64,000 bases of DNA from Octopus vulgaris (Eukaryota): the NCBI GenBank assembly GCA_951406725.2, contig OX597823.1, positions 6,448,001 through 6,512,000 on the forward strand. The letters run 5' to 3'. The position numbers and the translations under genes were made by a program. The notes beneath the pieces were generated by a model. The model made no database searches. It was not told the DNA's origin and saw nothing but the letters and a program-made list of their open reading frames with translations. Below are positions 1 to 64,000 of the stretch, in pieces. Position 1 is the stretch's first letter. The number at the start of each line of letters is the position of its first letter.

Positions 1-22
1 ACATATATACATATATATATTG

Positions 23-71
<49 letters not shown>

Positions 72-377
72 CTAGCAGTATCGCCGGGCGTTGCTCGGGT
101 TTGTAGGGGAAATAACTATATAAGCATTTTTAGAGATTTACTTCCCTTATATAACCCAAGCGAAAATGCATTAAAAATGCGGAAAAATGATGGTAAGTTT
201 TTTAAAATCGTAGACTCATCGTAGACTCGCGCTAATACACAGAAGGGCTTGATATAAATGACCACTATAAGATACCCGCTTTTGGTTAAACTGCACCGCA
301 AAATGTGGGAGTAGTTAGGAATCTAAATCGGAGGAGACAGAGTCTCACACACACAACTTCAATTTTATATATAAAGA
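72..377 (-). mobile_element. Non-autonomous Helitron-like element, copy 1
   Basis: Minus strand begins A|TCTTTATATAT and ends with GC-rich hairpin CCCGAGCAACGCCCGG then CTAG|T; close copy at 5700-6005. Confidence 0.75.
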
Positions 378-378
378 T

Positions 379-463
<85 letters not shown>
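378..463. repeat. (GATA)n microsatellite
   Basis: Direct inspection. Confidence 0.95.
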
Positions 464-464
<1 letters not shown>

Positions 465-1209
465 CAAAAAATTCAGGGTGAATACTTGATAACTGTAAGC
501 ACCTGTATATGCCAGCTAGTGGTATAGGTGATGAGGGAAAAAACGGTATGGATGTTTTGTTTTGGTGTCTCGCAATGCCATATACGCCTATTAGGATTTA
601 CCTTCCCAATGAAACCCGTTTTTTTCCCAAACTTTTTCTCAAACCTGCTATAATGTAATACATGGCTTTGGTGTGGTAATTGTACGTGGCTGAAGAATGC
701 TTTTGACCTACCTGTTATATCAATTATGCATAAATACAAATTGTTCAATAAAGCCAGAAACATATGTACCGCAAAATCCATTGCGTTCTGTTTTTCTTTT
801 GACAGATAGATATAGATATATGAGTCTGTGTGCGCGCGCGAATGTGTGTGCACGCGTGTGTGTGTGTGCACGTGTTCGTGTATGTGTATTTGTGAATGTT
901 TTTGTGCATTTCAGTGTATCAAATTGTATGTGAAATTCATTCTGTTTATCATGTGCAGTGTTCACCTGTCCACCAAAAAACATTAAACTCTACCACCACC
1001 ATTATCCATCTATTCCACCTCCTCCCCCTCGTCATTATCATCATCATCGTTATCATCATCATCATGAACATCATCAGCGCCATAAACTTTATGGAATTAA
1101 TAGTCATCGTATTCTACTTTCCATCGCTTCCATTCACTAATTATTTAGAGAAAATTTTGTCAAAAATATCTTCTATGCAATTTCTTATTAACTCCGTTTT
1201 ATGTTCCAG

Positions 1210-61928
<60,719 letters not shown>

Positions 61929-62205
61929 GTAGGTGAAAACATGTTTTAGCCAGTAAATTTTTTTTTTATATGGAACATTACGGACGATCGTAAATAGATT
62001 TCATCCAGTAACAGCCCAGGGTGCAGTACTATTCGAATGCTTCCAACGTCGTAAAAAGTTCGTGGGCCGGAAGGGGTTGGAATTACACAAAAGGCCATTG
62101 AGGCTTCTAATTTTTGCGTATTTCCGCACTATCCATAAAGTAATATTTGTTTAATCTTGTATATATGTGTGAGTGCATAATTTTATAAACTATACATATA
62201 TGCCT

Positions 62206-62595
62206 GGGAGTGACTGTGTGTAAGTAGCTTGCTAACCAACCACATGGTTCCAGGTTCAGTCCCACTGCGTGGCATCTTGGGCAAATGTCTTTTGCTATAG
62301 CCCCGGGCCGACCAATGCCTTGTGAGTTGATTTGGTAGACGGAAACTGAAAGAAGCCTGTCATATATATGTATGCATATGTATATGTATGTATGTGTATG
62401 TGTTTGTGTGTCTGTATTTGTCCCCCTAGCATTGCTTGACAACCGATGCTGGTGTGTTTACGTCCCCATAACTTAGTGGTTCGGCAAAAGAGACCGATAT
62501 AATAGGTACTAGGCTTACAAAGAATAAGTCGTGCGGTCGATTTACTCGATTAAAGGTGATGCTCCAACATGGCCACAGTCAAACAAGTAAACGAA
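62206..62595 (+). mobile_element. SINE family 2
   Basis: Sequence match. Confidence 0.75.
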
Positions 62596-62908
62596 TATAT
62601 AGCACTAAATATAAAATAAAACAAAAGGACTATAAGTAAAATGTATGTCGATTCACACCAATACAAATACGAAGAAAATTTGAGTTATAGCGCTTCAGAA
62701 TAGTTTTTTCCTTGGGGCTGGCCAGATTGGAGCAATCTCGAGTATAATCAGCCGAAATTGCGAAGATAATCTGGTACTTGACTGAGGAAAGAAAACTTCG
62801 AATGACCTGTCATTGTTTTCCTTTGTATCGTCTATCTGGACGTTTTGTTGTCCCATTTTTGTATCACTTAACTGTCCGGATGTTTTGCGTTCTTGTGCCA
62901 TTTTGTAT

Positions 62909-62940
<32 letters not shown>

Positions 62941-64000
62941 ACTTAGAATAACTTAGAAAGGTTTAGGCCAGTATTGGCCCAGGCCATGTCTAACTTAATA
63001 GCACCACCTGGCGAAGTCTTTCAATTCAGGATTTGGGCACCAAGGCCCATTCGAGCAGAGAGTTATTGTTTGCGGAGACATATCCGGGTGTGGGTGGTTT
63101 GTCCGGGACTGTTTGAAGGAATTTGTCCAAAGACTTCTTGAATTTTGTGTGATCAGTTTCTTTTTTGATGTGTTCTGGTGTAATGTTGAAGAGAGCGGGT
63201 CCAATTGAGGTGAAACAGTTGTGCCGTATTGTCGTTATGTGATGCGATTTAGATTTTTGTTGTGGACGGATGGCACGTGGTCCAAGCCTTGGATGTATTT
63301 TGAAGGTGATGCCAACAACATTCGGATAGTGCTGATGAAATATTTTCCACATCATACAGATAATGTAGCGTTCACGGCGTCGTTGGAGTGAATACAGTTT
63401 CAGCTTCTCTAGTCTACCCCAGTAGTCAAGGTCTGATATGCCATCTATCTTTTTTGTGATTGACCTTTGGGGAGCTTCAATTCTCATAATATTTTGTTTT
63501 GTGTAGGGAGACCACAATGGACAGCAGTATTCAAGGTGGGGTCGGGCAAAAGTGGAGAAGAGAAGGATAATAATGTGGGAATCTCGCGACTGGAAGGTTC
63601 TGAGAATCCAGGAACACATTCTGCGGGCCATGTCAACTTTGCTGCTTATATGTGTAGCCCAGCTTATGTTGTTGTCCACTGTTACTCCCAAGTCTCTGAT
63701 GTTGTTGGACACCATGAGAATTTCTCCAGAAGGAAGGAAGTATGGGAGTTTCAGAGCGTCCTCCCTTCCAAAGTGGATCAGTTCGAATTTGTCTTCGTTT
63801 AGCAACATGTTGTTCTTTTCCGCCCATTGGACAACAGCCAGTAGATCTAACTGAAGGCTTATTCGGTCATCTACGCCATTGATGACCTTCTGGAGCTTGG
63901 AATCATCAGCGAAGGTTCTGATGTTACTGTGTTTGATGGTGTCAGTAATATCATTTATGTAGATGATGAAGAGGAGTGGGCCCAACACAGTGCCTTGTGG
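62941..64000 (-). mobile_element. CR1-type LINE, open RT C-terminal ORF continuing beyond the window
   Basis: PQGTVLGPLLFIIYIND, FADDSKL, RPHLEYC motifs in ORF 63026..63988. Confidence 0.92.

Noticed and set aside
1-1209. Start codon, signal peptide or LRRNT exon
   Set aside because: None found; exon 1 begins in phase 2, so the gene starts upstream of the window.
62770-62810. CTGAGGA...CGAAT motif (related copy at about 9436)
   Set aside because: Shared repeat family, but lacks GAAA and stems I/III, so not called a ribozyme.

Overview
AT-rich, microsatellite- and SINE-dense animal DNA; the SINE families and repeat landscape suggest an octopus or other coleoid cephalopod (inference). One + strand gene spans almost the whole window. 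I assembled 33 GT-AG exons by hand (1210..61928, 3403 nt, one stop-free frame of about 1134 codons). It encodes an adhesion GPCR with an unusual ectodomain: at least 18 single-repeat 72-nt phase-2/2 LRR exons, LRRCT, a Ly6/uPAR (three-finger)-like Cys domain, a possible SEA-like domain, HRM, and GAIN/GPS with an intact HL|TSFAVLM site, followed by TM1-TM2. The 5' end and TM3-7 lie outside the window. The LRR array shows tandem duplication in two-exon units, a donor-dead pseudoexon, a probable deleted-exon scar and mostly nonsynonymous divergence between sister exons. Introns carry three SINE families (one forming multimers with only one 5' head), two non-autonomous Helitrons, and CR1-type, RTE, Tc1/mariner and Gypsy debris. 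They also carry several small, often foldback, (TA)n-associated elements with hammerhead-ribozyme motifs, probably Penelope-like derivatives. Most ORFs in the supplied track are microsatellite or SINE artefacts.
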